Below, piece by piece: positions 50,860 through 63,321 of a stretch of 64,000 nucleotides of DNA. Position 1 is the first letter of the stretch. Each line of letters opens with the position of its first letter. Where the stretch lies: NCBI RefSeq assembly GCF_004010195.1, contig NC_057718.1, positions 28,111,780 through 28,175,779 on the forward strand, in the 5' to 3' direction. A program made the translations under genes and the position numbers. This DNA is from Chiloscyllium plagiosum (taxonomy: Eukaryota). The notes beneath the pieces are model-generated. The model had not been told where the DNA came from, did not search any database, and saw nothing but the letters and a program-made list of their open reading frames with translations.

Positions 50860-53700
50860 CTGGCTAGGGCTGCTGGTTTGTAGACAAAGTGAGGACCCAT
50901 AGACTGGCAGTTAGCATTACAGAGAGGAGAAATTAGGAAAGAAACTGGTGGCAGGTAGTTAAAGACCAAATTAGATTCATTGGAGCTAATTGGAATTTGT
51001 TCTTGCTCTACTACGGAGAAAAGAGTTAATTGTTCTATGAGTCTCTAGGGGTAGTTATGGTCTTTTCTATTCTAAAAAATTAACATGTTGGACAAATTAA
51101 TGATAAAGTTAATAAAACATACAAAAGGCAGCTTAAGTAAATAAATAATGTAATGAATAACTAAAAGAGGAGAAAGTGAGGACTGCAGTTGCTGGAGATC
51201 AGGGTTGGAGAGAGTGGTGCTGGAAAAGCACAGCTGCCAGGCAGCATCCAAGGAGCACCGAGAGTTGATGTTTCAGGCATAAGCCCTTCATTAGGAATGA
51301 GGCTTGTTGGCCAAGGGGGCTGAGAGATAAATGAGAGGGGGGGGGGGGCTGGGGGCAAGGTAGCTGGGAAAGCGATAGGTAGATAGAGGAAGGTGGGGTG
51401 AAAGTGATAGGTCAGAGAGGAGGGTGGAGCAGATAGGCAGGAAGGAAGATGGACAGGTAGAATCATTCTAGGGGACATGCCGAGTTGGAAGATTGGGACT
51501 GGGATAAGGTGGGGGAAGGGGAAATGGGGAACCTGGCGAAATCGACATTGATCTCGTTTAGTTGGGAGGGTCCCAAGACAGAAGATGAGGTGTTCATTTT
51601 TATTGATGGCAGCGATGTGTCAAGAGTGCATCATGTGGAAGCTCCTGGATACCACTGTGATCCAGGGTAAACATGACAGCATTAAATCGCTTGAAGTTTG
51701 AGCAACTTTATTGAAGAGTTTGTGTGATGGAGCAGATGCTGTGATTCAGGGCGAGGGATACTTTTCTACCAGGAGACAGTCAGATAATTTAGGCTGGTGT
51801 CTTCTGATTTGGTGAGTGATCAGAGATAGAAGGATGTGATTGCAAATGAGGCAGTAAGAGGACCTGAGGGCAGGAGTGTCAGCCTCAGCAATTGTGCAGT
51901 AGGTTTGAGGTTCTGTCACCTGTTTCAAAGAAAGAGGTGCTGCAGGTGGATGTTCAAAGTGACCATGGAACCGTGGGACAGGAATCCATTCAAGTGGGCA
52001 GAGTAACAGAACATAGTAGTAATAGGAGTGAATGGGATTGATATCATTCTCTGCAGCAAGGAAGTCACTTGTACCTCAGTACAGTAAAAAGCTGTTTTGC
52101 CTGCACATTGCCAGGGCTTGAGACAACTGCTCAGGCATCTGTAGTGAGAGGGGAAGGATTCAGTGATCCTGGTCCGTGTAAATACCTACGACATAGGTAG
52201 AGCTAGGAAAGAGGTTCTGCATTGGGAGTATGAGGATCGAGGCACTAAATTGAAAAACAGAATTGCAAAGATTATAATTTCTGGATTACTACCTGAGCCA
52301 TGTGCAAATTGGCATTAGGTACATAAAATTAGAGAGGTGAATACATGTATGAAAATCCTGTATGGAATAAGTGAATCACGGGAAAGAGAGGGCTGGACTG
52401 TTTGGATAACCCAGACTAGAATTCTGCACAATAGCTGCACACTTAGAAAGACTCGAGGTAACTGGGAAGAGTTAGTATAGTTTTGTCAAAAGAAAATTGT
52501 GTTTATTTAAATTATTTAAAGTAATCACATATGCTGTGGGTAAAGGAAAGTCTGAAGAGGTACTAGACTTAGATTTCCAGAAGGCATTTGATAAGGCAGC
52601 ACATCATAGGTTATTGCAGAGAACCAAAGCTCATGATGTAAGTAGAATATTGGTTGGCTGGCAGAAGGCAGAGTGTATGCATAAATAAGTCTTTATCTGA
52701 TTGACAGGATGAAACAAGTGGAGTCCTACAGGGGGTCCGTGCTGGGAGCTCAAGCTTTTACAAGTTATATGAGTCAGCAAAGACATGGTAGCTAAATTCA
52801 CAGACTAAAGCCAAGATAGGCAGGAACGTATGTTGTAATGAAGACAAAACTATTGCAGCTGCATTGGGAAGTTGAATGAGTGAGCAAAAACAAAGATAGT
52901 ATGTAATGTGTGAAAGTGTGAAGTTTATTTCGCAGGAAGAATAAAATAATGCTCAGTATTGCTTTAACCAGAAAAGACTGAAATTCTGAGGTGCATAGAG
53001 ATTTCAGTGTTCTGGCATGAATCTTAACACGTTAGTCTTCAGGTTTAGCACATAATCAAGAATACTATTAGCATTCTTTCTTTATTATGAAAGAAATGGT
53101 ATCATAAAAGTAAGGATATAGTGCTTCAGTTATCCACAGCTTTGGTGACACCATATTTCAAAATCAGTGTGAAATTTTGGTCTCCATATTTAAAGGAGGG
53201 GGTAAATGCATTGGAGGCAGTTCAGAAGAGGTTTACCAGATTGATCTTCAGAATGATTGAGTTGTCTTATGCGGATAGGTTGGACACGCTGGCTTTATTT
53301 CTGCTTGAGTTTAGAAGAGTGAAGAGTTACTTGACTGAAGTATATAAATTATGGTTTTGACAAGGTGAATATGGAAAGGGTGTTTCCTCTTGTGAATCAG
53401 TTCAGAACTATAGGGACTGTTTTAACATCAGAACAGAGGAGAGGAGAATTATTTTCTTTCAGCAGATTGTGCAAGTTTGCAACTCTCTGCCTCAGAAAAT
53501 GGTGGAGGTAGATCTTCTAATATCTTTTAACACAGAAGTAGATAGATGTTTGTTAGGCAGAAGAATCAAAGATTATCAGGCATAGATAGAAACTTGGAAT
53601 TCGAAACACAAATGGACCAACCACAATCTAACTGAAGGACAGAGCAAGCCTAAAAGGCCAAGTGATTTACTACTGCTCCTATTTCAAATGTTTGTAACCA
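50860..53700 (+). mobile_element. Internally deleted CR1 retaining ORF1 (Zn-finger and SGNH esterase remnants) and RT to tail; PLE fragment nested
   Basis: CQECIMWKL (~51618); block-III-like 'LVRVNTYDIGR' (~52168); IIISGLLPEP (~52270); LDFQKAFDK; LEAVQKRFTRLI. Confidence 0.7.
51168..51595 (-). mobile_element. PLE 3' fragment (same family as 3960-5686)
   Basis: Reverse complement of ~5290-5690, including a degenerate hammerhead tail. Confidence 0.85.
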
Positions 53701-55929
53701 ACTACTTAAGTAAAAATTGGACAGTTGAGGTACACCACATTTCTACATCCCTTTGACATGGGTATTGTAGCTTGAAACGAGATCAAAGCTACCAGGTCAA
53801 CAAACATTTTCTGTTTAATGTCTACATATTACCCATGAAATTTTGGAGAGACCAAAATTTGAGGAGCCCATAGACTTGAGGGAAAATAGAGGAACAGCGT
53901 GTCCACCGTGCCAACAGAGTCTACTCAACCAATCAGGCCCATGCTGCCTTTCTGCAAGAACAATGTGATTAGTCCCAGTCACCCTGCCTGCAATTCCTTT
54001 CCCTTCAGGACCTGATCCAATGCCCTTTTGGAAACAACGAGTGAATCTGACTCCTTTTGGATGGTATATTCAAATACAGGAGTGGCAAGGACATGAAGAT
54101 ATTTGAAAACCAGGGGGTGGAGAATTTTAAAATACAAACATTGCTTAACCAGAGTAGCACAGATTGCTGACTTACAAAGAGGTTGTTGACATGGAGAAGG
54201 TTACGTTGTAAGTACATTCATATGTTGAAGTCTGGTCATTCCTTGAGGTTGCGGTTACAAGCACATTAAAAAGAATGGGGCACTCTGTTGTATATCTGAC
54301 CCATACCTTAGGTATACTTAATTTATGGCCACGGTTAATGTAAGATTATAGACGTTTTATACACTGTACCAAAAAGAATGGAAAACAGATCTCTCCTCTT
54401 GCAATGTCCCTGGGTTTCATAAAATTCACAATGAGACAAAAGCTGCACATCTGTGAGTGCAATAAACAGGAAATGGAAATAACTAACTGAAGTAATAAAA
54501 GGTTTCATGAAATGTTAGAGAACAAATAAAGTGATAAATCATTCAGACAAAACACAATTGAAATTCAAACACAGACTTCCAGAAAACTAAAAATAGCTCT
54601 GCACTGAACACAGGGATGAAGTAAATTAGCTAAAGGAATTTAAAATATAAAATCATAGAAAATTAATTTTGGAAATCTTTAAAACAGTGGATTGTTTTAA
54701 TAAACAATTAGAACTTAATTCTCTTTAAATGGTGATAAATTAGTACTTTCATCCCAATGAGTCATGGTGGTGAATAAAATCACGCTCAATTTCAGCTTTA
54801 AGAGATGCCAGCTATCTGGGTGATCACTTCACTTTTAATATAAGAAGCTTGTAATAACACTATTCCATTGTTGCAATAGTTTTGCACAATTGTCTGAAGA
54901 AAGGGAGTTTGCTGTTTTTAAAATGAAAAGAAAGTGAAGTCTTTTGTTACACCTCCTAAGACCCAGGGCATGATGTTTACAGTGAAACTAACTGAAATTC
55001 AGAAATTCAGGTCCTTAAAGAGTACACAACATCAAGCATGGATTTGGCCCTATGTTTTTCAAAAATATTAGTTTTATTTTTACCAGTTATCATTCGGTCC
55101 CTGCACTCAGGGCCACACCGAGATTGAGAGAGTGAATGGGTTGGGTGTTGGGGTAAGATGAAGTCATTGAATCATTGAACTACTGATTAGCTCAGAAGAC
55201 CAAGCAGAGACATTTTGGTCTAATCTGCCCACTCTGGATCTGCCCCCACCCCTGTTCCTTCTCATGGCTGGTTAGACCAGGCCCTAGAGGATGGCGCCTG
55301 ACAGTCGTATGGAGATGAAGACATAATCGCAATAATGGAAATAATCTGTCTCCTGACTTCAGCTTCAGACCTGAAAATCTGGCTCCTATTGGCTGCGTTC
55401 GCAGATGGAGCCTAGTTCCTCCAGTTAGGTCTCAGAGAAATATTATGGAATAAAACAGAGGAAAACTCGAGAGTGAAGAAACAGTCATTTGACCTAACAA
55501 AACTCATCCGCTTAGTAATTTAACTCATATTATGAAATCAGCCCAATTTCAAGTGAATATTTGTCCATCTACCTACTTGAATTGATAGAAATTCTTAATA
55601 TCTGATTCAAAATTCATTTCATTAATTTAAGCAAATGCCCTCTCATTGTATTGAAATAATACTCTGAAAGCAACCTCGTGATTAATTAGAGGGGTGAATT
55701 CTCTGGCCTTGTTAGTATATTAGAACAGCAAAAGTCTTTTTTGTTGACTGGAAAACTTGGCTGGAGGCTTTTTCCACTTGAAACTTGTGTACATTTAAAT
55801 GCTGCCTCCCTGGCACAGTTTAAGTCATCTTGTCTCAATAAAAGCCAAAAGTTTTGCAATTGATATTGCACTGCAATAGCACACTACTCAAATTAGACTG
55901 AGATGTATAAATTGTAGACACTGCCGGAG

Positions 55930-56600
55930 GTATCTGATCGAAGCCAACATTCTGGACATTGACCAGAAACTGAACTGGAATTGCCATATAAATACAATGG
56001 CGACAAAAGCAGGTCATAGGCTAAGAGAATATTGCAGCAAGCATCTCACCTCTTGATTATTCAAAACTTGTTCACCGTCTACAAGGTACAAGTCAGGAGT
56101 GAGATGGCATACTCCTCACTTGCTTGGGTGAGTGCAGCTTCGCAACACTCAAGTAGCTTTGGCACCACCCAGGAAAAAGTAATCCACTTGATTGGTGCCA
56201 CATTCACAAAGAAGCTCTACCTCCACCATCAGTGCTCAGTAGCAACAGTTTGTATAATCTACAAGTTGCACTGCAGAAATTCACCAATTTTCCTTAGACA
56301 GCACCTTCCAAACTCTCAACCACTACCATCGCAAAGGACAAGAGCATCAGACACATGGGAGCATGATCAACTGTAAGTTCCCTCACTATCCTCACTTGAA
56401 ACTCTGATCCTAAACCCATTCCTTCAATGTTGCTGGGTCAAAATCCTGGAACTCCCTCCCTCATGAATCTGTGAGTAATCAAATGGATTATAATGGTTCA
56501 AGAAGGCAGCTCACCATCACTTTCTCAAGGCTAATGATGTACAGTCAATAAATCCTGGCCTAGCCAATGGCACACACATCCCATGAATGAATGCAAAAAG
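55930..56600 (+). mobile_element. LINE 3' fragment (second family)
   Basis: YKVQVRSEMAYSSLAW, LRQHLPNSQPLP; tail aataaatcctggcctagccaatggcacacacatcccatgaatgaa. Confidence 0.75.
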
Positions 56601-57339
56601 AAAATGAGGATTTCATTAAAACTTTTGGTTTATGTTCTTTTTCCTACCAAGATCTATTCTCAATTCTGACTGCTTCTCAAAGCTACAGCACGGCAAAAAT
56701 GTCTAACTCCTTCGCTACCTGGATGAAGTCCTGGTCATCAATGTCTGACATTCCTCTATCTTGCTTGCAACATGAGGCATTTCCTCAATCCATTAACTAA
56801 TCCTAGGATTGGATTTTACCTTGACCTCTGTTTTCCCCAAATAAAACTGTGCTAACAGTTATCACGAGTCTGAAAAGGTTACCACCAATGAAAGGTCCCT
56901 TTACTGTATGACTGCAAACTCTGCAAGTAACAAAGTGCCATGATGGTGAATGGTCTATTTTATTACAATGACTACAATGTACAGACAAATGGCCATCCAA
57001 CTCTGTGATGTGTTTATTACATTTAAAATATGAGGAACCTGCTAGATGTCAGATTTTGAAAGCTCTACTAAAAATTGCATTAGTTTATCATTAAAGGGTC
57101 TATGTTTTGCCTATGCATTTTGTCTATAATATTTGATATTAAACGGCAACAAATCTTTATGGAAGTCTGTGTAATTTTCAAATATTAGATAATTTGATTG
57201 AGATGTATGAAAACTGCAGGTGGCAGATATGGCTAACCCAAGATATTATCCCACTGTGAGCTAAGATGTTAGGCTGTGAAGATTCTATATGCTTTGCATA
57301 TTTAGAAAAATTGCTTTAAGTTTTCAAGGACAGATCAGT

Positions 57340-58172
57340 GTCATAGAGATGTGCAGCACGGAAACAGTCCCTTCGGTCCAACTCATCCATGCTGACCAGA
57401 TACCCTAATTTAATCTAGTCGCATTTCCCAGCTCTTAGCCCATATCCCTCCAAACCCACCCCATTCATATACCCATTCAGGTGCGTTTTAAATGATATAA
57501 TTGTATCAACCTCCACCACTTCCTCAGGCAGCTCATTCCATATACGCACTACCTTCTGCATGAAAACGTTGCTCCTTAAGGTCTCTTTTAGATCTTTCCC
57601 TATGTTCCCCACCCCAGGGAAGAGACCTTGTCTATTTACCCATCCGTTTCCCTTATGACTTTATAAACTTCTATAAGGTCACCCCCCAGCCTCCGTTGCT
57701 CCAGGGAAAACAGCCCCAGCCTATTCAGCCTCTCCCTGTAGCTCAAACCCTCTAACCCTGGCAACATCCTTGTAAATCTTTTCTGAACCCTTTCAAGTTT
57801 CACAACATCTTTCCGGTAGGAAGGAGACCAGAATTTCACGCAATATTCTAAAGGTGGTCTAACCAACATCCTCTACAGCTGCAATATTGCCTCCCAACCC
57901 CTGTACTCAATAATCTGACCAATAAAGGAACGCATATCAAACACCTTCTTCACTATCCTATCTACCTGCGACTCCACTTTCAAGGAAATATGAACCTACA
58001 CTCCAAGGTCTCTTTGTTCACCAACATTCCCCAGGACCTTACCATTAAGTGTATAAGTCCTGCTCTGATTTGCTTTCCCAAAATGCAGCACCTCGCATCT
58101 ATCTAAATTAAACTCCATCTGCCACTCCTCAGCCCATTGGCCCATCTGATCAAGATCCCATGGTACTCTGAG
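57340..58172 (-). mobile_element. CR1/HER1-type LINE 3' fragment
   Basis: WAEEWQMEFNLDRCEVLHFGK, LERVQKRFTRMLPGLEGLSYRERL. Confidence 0.92.
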
Positions 58173-58778
58173 GTATTTTGAGGACACATTATCCTTAAAA
58201 AATAAAAATAGTTCAGTGGAAAATAGTTTAGTTTAGCACCATCATACTTTGGCTGCAGCGAATTTCCAGAGCAGGTGCTCATGTGTTACAATAGGCCTTG
58301 ACATCGATGGAAAACCCAATCTTGTCAGTAACACAACATAGTCTGCATGGAACTAGCAACTTGCTTTATTTCACACTCAGGCTTCTATGAAAACACAACT
58401 GGGGAAATCATTTTCTAATTTGTTTTCTTTTTATTCATTCACAGGATGGCTGCAATGCTGACAAGGACAGTATTTATTGCCTGTTCCTAATATGCCATCT
58501 CCTTGAACTGTAAACGTACACCACTTATGCCATTAAAAAGCAAGCACCAAGATAAATATACCATGTGACAATGAAGGAATACATTCCAAGTCTGGATATT
58601 GTGTGACTTAGAAGGAAACTTGTAGGTAGGTGGTTGAATTTCTTTGAGTCTGCTGCTCTTGTTCTTTTAGGCGTTTTGAGGTTACAGCTTTGGGTGATGC
58701 TGGTGAGATGTTGCAGTGTATCTTGTAGATCATGCAAAATGCAGCCTAGGTGTGTGACAGTGATGAAACAGTGATTGT

Positions 58779-60821
58779 GGATGTAAGTTTGCTCACTGAG
58801 CTGGAAGGTTCGTTTTCAGATGTTTCATCATGATACTAGGTGACATCATCAGTGAGCCTCTGATGAAGCACTGGTGTTAGTGACCCGCTTTCTATTTTTG
58901 TGTTTAGGTTTCCTTGTGTTGGTGATGTCATTTCTTATGGTGATGTCATTTGCTGCGGCGATATGTTTGTTGATAGAGTTCCCGTTGGAATGCCATGCTT
59001 CTAGGAATTCTCATGCCTGTCTCTGTTTGGCTTGTCCTAGGATGGATGTATTGTCCCATCCATCCTAGGAGTGGTGTCCTTCCTCATCTGCATGTAGGAT
59101 ACTAGTGAGAGTTGGTCATGTCTCTTTGTGGCTAATTGATATTCATGTATCTTGGTGGCTAACTTTCTACCTGTTTGTCCAACGTAGTGTTTGTTAAAGT
59201 TCTTGCAAGGTATTTTGTGAATGACATTAGCTTTGCTTGTTGTCTATGGGGTCTTTCAAGTTCACTAGCTGCTGTTTTAGCTTGTTGGTGGGTTTGTGGG
59301 CTACCATGATGCCAAGAGGTCTGAGTAGTCTGGCAGTCATTTCTGAGATGTCTTTGACGTTGGAGAGAGTGGCTAAGCTTTCTGGACATGTATTATTTCT
59401 GCTTGTTTGGGTTTGTTGATGAGAAATCGACGGACTGTGTTCATTGGGTACCCATTCTTTCTGAATACGCTGCCTAGGTGTTTTTCCTCTGTTCTTCGTA
59501 GTTCCTCTGTGCTGCAGTGTTTGGTGGGGCTCATTGAAGTAATGTTCTAGTGCAGCTTCCTTTGTGGGTGTTGGGATGATTGCTTCTCTAATTCAGTATT
59601 TGATTCATATGTGTTGTTTTCCTGTAGATGCTAGTTTGAAGTTCCTCACTGGCTTTTCGCTCTACTGTGACTTCTCGGAATGACAGTTTTCCACCTCTTT
59701 AGTGAATTTTATGCCAAGAAGGATATTATGAATGGTCTTGAAGGTTTCCTCTAATTTGTTTCATTTAGTGATGACAAAGGTGTCATCCACGTAGTGGACC
59801 CAAAGTTTGGGTTGGATGGTTGACAGAGCTGTTTGTTCGAGTCTCTGCATTACTGCCTCTGCTAAAAACCCTGGTGTCAGAGATCCCATGGGTGTTCTGT
59901 TGGTTTGTCTGTAGGTTTTGTTATTGAATGTGAAGTGGGTGGTAAGGCATAGGTCCACGCTTGACGATGTTGTCCTTGCTGATGAAGTTGGTGGTGTTTG
60001 GTGCAGATGTGTCTGATTCTTCTATAAGTGTAGTCAGTGTTTCCTTGGCCAGGTTGCTGTTGATGGATGTGAACAGGGCTGTTATATCAAAGGCGACCAT
60101 TATTTCATCCTCCTCTATCTTGGTGTCTCTTATGGTGTTCAGGAATTCTTGGGTGGAGTGGATGGAGTGGTGTGAGTCTTCTACCAAATGTTTTAGTCTT
60201 TAGTCTAGCTCCTTGGCCAATCTGTAAGTTGGTGTTCCAGGTAGTGAGACTATGGGTCTGAGGGGGGCTCCTGGTTTGTGAATTTTGGGTAATCCGTAGA
60301 AGCGGGTGTGATGGATCTGTCTGATTTCATTTTTTGGACGTCTGTCTTATTTAATTCTCTAGCTTTCTCCAGACAAACAGGCAGAAAACTAGCCACCAGG
60401 TTGCATGAACATCAACTAACCACAAAAAGACATGACCCACTCTCACCAGTATCCTTACATACAGATGAGGAAGGACACCATTTTGACTGGGACAACACAT
60501 CCATTCTAGGGCAAGCCAATAGAGGCAACACGAGAATTCCTAGAAACATGGCATTTGAACCAGAACTCTATCAACAAATACATTGACTTGGACCCCATTT
60601 ACCAGCCTCTGAGAAAAACAACAGGAAATGACATCACCAACACAAAGAAACCTAAACACATAAACAGAAAGCAGGTCCCTAACACCAACGCTTCACCGAA
60701 GGCTCCATGATGATGTTACCCACGTATAACGATGAAACGTCAAAATCCAAACTTTCCAGCTCAGAGAGCAAACTTACATTCAGAACTTCAACCTGGGCTC
60801 CAAATCTTCTCAAAACCTGCT
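58779..60821 (-). mobile_element. Penelope-like element with inverted terminal segment
   Basis: RT: FDITALFTSI, TPMGS, WVHYVDDTFV; GIY-YIG C-terminus on both strands; TSD aa(c/t)agtgattgt at 58767-58778 / 60822-60833; hammerhead-like cores at 58819-58852 (-) and ~60707-60741 (+). Confidence 0.88.
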
Positions 60822-60909
60822 AATAGTGATTGTTTAAGGTGATGATTAGGTTGTGAGTCAAACAGGTTGCTTTGTCTTGGATGCTGTTCACTTTTAGAAT
60901 TATAATTAA

Positions 60910-61245
60910 AATCCTACTGTGTGTAAACAGGTCCTTTGGCCAGTAAGTCCACGTCAACTCTCCGAAGAATAACCCACCCAGACCCATTCCCCTGTTACTC
61001 TACAATTCCTCCTCACTAACGCATCTAACCTACACATCCCTGAACACTATGGGCAATTTAACATGGTCAATTCACCTACCTGTACATCTTTGGATTGTGG
61101 GAGGAAACCAGAGTATCCGAAGGAAACCCACTCAGATGCAGGGAGAATGTGCAAACTCCACACAGACAGTCGCCCAAGGCTAGAATCAAACCTAGGTCCC
61201 TGGCGTTGTGAGGTAGCAGTACTAACCACTGATCCACCATGCTGC
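60910..61245 (-). mobile_element. HE1-type SINE
   Basis: Reverse complement of the HE1 family. Confidence 0.88.
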
Positions 61246-61364
61246 CTGTTTCTTCAGTGTTATTGGAACACACACTCATTTCGGCAAATGGAGAGCATTC
61301 CATCACACTCCTGATGTGTACTTTACAGATGATGAGTATTCAAGTCAGTGTAAAGTGAGTGAGC

Positions 61365-61535
61365 TTAAAATGTGTTGCTGGAAAAGCGCAGCAGGTCAGG
61401 CAGCATCCAGGGAACAGAAAAATCGACGTTTCGGGCATAAGCCCTTCTTCAGGAAGGGCTGCCTGACCTGCTGCGCTTTTCCAGCAACACATTTTCAGCT
61501 CTGATCTCCAGCATCTGCAGACCTCACATTCTCCT
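61365..61535. mobile_element. Fold-back PLE-derived mini-element
   Basis: 14-bp TSD taaagtgagtgagc (61351-61364 / 61536-61549); inverted arms. Confidence 0.88.
61425..61452 (-). ncRNA. Minimal hammerhead ribozyme core
   Basis: Minus strand reads CUGAAGA-A-GGGC-UUAU-GCCC-GAAAC-GUC: intact core, 4-bp helix II, palindromic ACGU helix III, GUC triplet. Confidence 0.72.
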
Positions 61536-61628
61536 TAAAGTGAGTGAGCACTATGCAAGGTTAGAGAGCCTTAAAATGCAACCTGTTCTGATGCAGGAGA
61601 TGAGTGCCTGTTCTACTCTGCAATATTG

Positions 61629-61839
61629 GGAGAAAGTGAGGACTGCAGATGCTGGAGACCAGAGTTGAAAAGTATGGTGCTGGAAATGCGCAGCAGGCCA
61701 GGCAACATTCGAGGAGCAGGAGAATCGACGTTTCGGGCATAAGCCTTCCTGAAGAAGGGTTTATGCACGAAACATCGATTCTCCTGCTCCTCGGATGCTG
61801 CTTGGCCTGCTGCGCTTTTCCAGCACCACACTTTTCAAC
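61629..61839. mobile_element. Fold-back PLE-derived mini-element
   Basis: 17-bp TSD tctactctgcaatattg (61612-61628 / 61840-61856); ~85-bp inverted arms. Confidence 0.88.
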
Positions 61840-62519
61840 TCTACTCTGCAATATTGTCTGGCAGCAGCATTGCAATATGAGGTGTCTATGAGCTCTAAAG
61901 TGCAGTATTGACATACAATTATATTTTAATTGAGTCTGATTTGTATTACGATGACATAACAAGGCTGGTGCTTATCTTATGAAGCTGCAAGTGGTCAGTT
62001 GTTTTCTATGGAGCATGCTTCATGATATTGATGACTGCTGTCCAAGATGGAGATCCAGAGGAGCGAACAGTGAGGCTGGACTTACCAAGTATCTGCTCAG
62101 ACATCCATGTCAGGAATTGTCACTGTCTGATTTCTCTGCATATAAATTAGGTGATATTACTTAATAATGAGATCTTTATGCATGCAAATTGGCCCCTTAT
62201 TGCTCACTAGCAAGATTCACCTTTAAATGTTTGGATAGAAAATTAAACCTTTTTAAATCAATCTAATTAAGAATTACATTTTTCCATTCTTTCCATATTT
62301 TGATTACTATACTTACCATTGCCCATTTTGTTCAGTGGCTGGCAAAAGTCCGTCCATGATTCAATGAATTTGAGGATCTGTGAGGCAGCTCTGGGTTATT
62401 TTTACACAAGTCTGAGCCCAAAGCCAGGTGACCTGTTCATTTTTAAACTTATCACAGTAATATATTGATATATTGATAAAATGGTAGGCCATTTCTGAGG
62501 TCAGTTTGGAAGCTGCTGT

Positions 62520-63130
62520 ATTGAATCATAGTCATTGAAAGGTTATAGTACAGAAATAGACCATTCAACCTGTGGTGTCTGTGATGTTCCACTTCAAGTG
62601 CAATTCCATACACTATCTTTTTTCCATAGCCACTTACATTCTCACCTGTTGGAAAATGATTTAATTCCCTTTTGAAAGAACTGATTGAATCTGCCTCCAC
62701 CACACTACCAGTCACTGCATTCCAGATTCCATCAGATCGCTGTGTAAATAAAATCACATGTCTGCATTGTTTCTTTTGCAAATTGCCATAAATCTGTGCT
62801 TTCTGGTTCTTGATCCTTCCAACAATTAGAAAAGTCTCTCCTTATCTGCTTTGCCCCAGGCTCTAGTAATTTTGAACAAATCTCTTTTCATTGTTTTCAA
62901 CTGCAAGTAGAACAGTCCCAGCTTTTCCAAGCTATCCACAGAACTGAATGCTCTCATCCTTGAAATCTTATAAAGCTGTATTGTATCCCCTCTAATGCCT
63001 TCACATCTTTCAGGACCCACAACTTGACAAAATAAACTGGAGAATTAACCTATATTTTATCCATATCTATCCTAACTGCCTTACTTTTATTGACTAGGTC
63101 AGAATTTATAAGCCCAAGATCAGGTATGCT
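62520..63130 (-). mobile_element. Old CR1 3' fragment
   Basis: FTQRSDGIWNAVTGSVVEADSISSFKRELNHF; LEKLGLFYL. Confidence 0.75.
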
Positions 63131-63321
63131 TTATTATGGCCCAGTGATCATTAATTTTATTGTGGGTCTGGATTCACAAGTAAATCAGATTAGGTTAGGA
63201 CAGCAAATTGTCTTCTTAAACGACATTAGTGAATTAGATAAGCCTTTTGTTTTCTGACCATTTGATAGTTTAAAGGCCATAATCACTGATGAGAGGTTTT
63301 TTAAAAAATATTTAACTCCAG

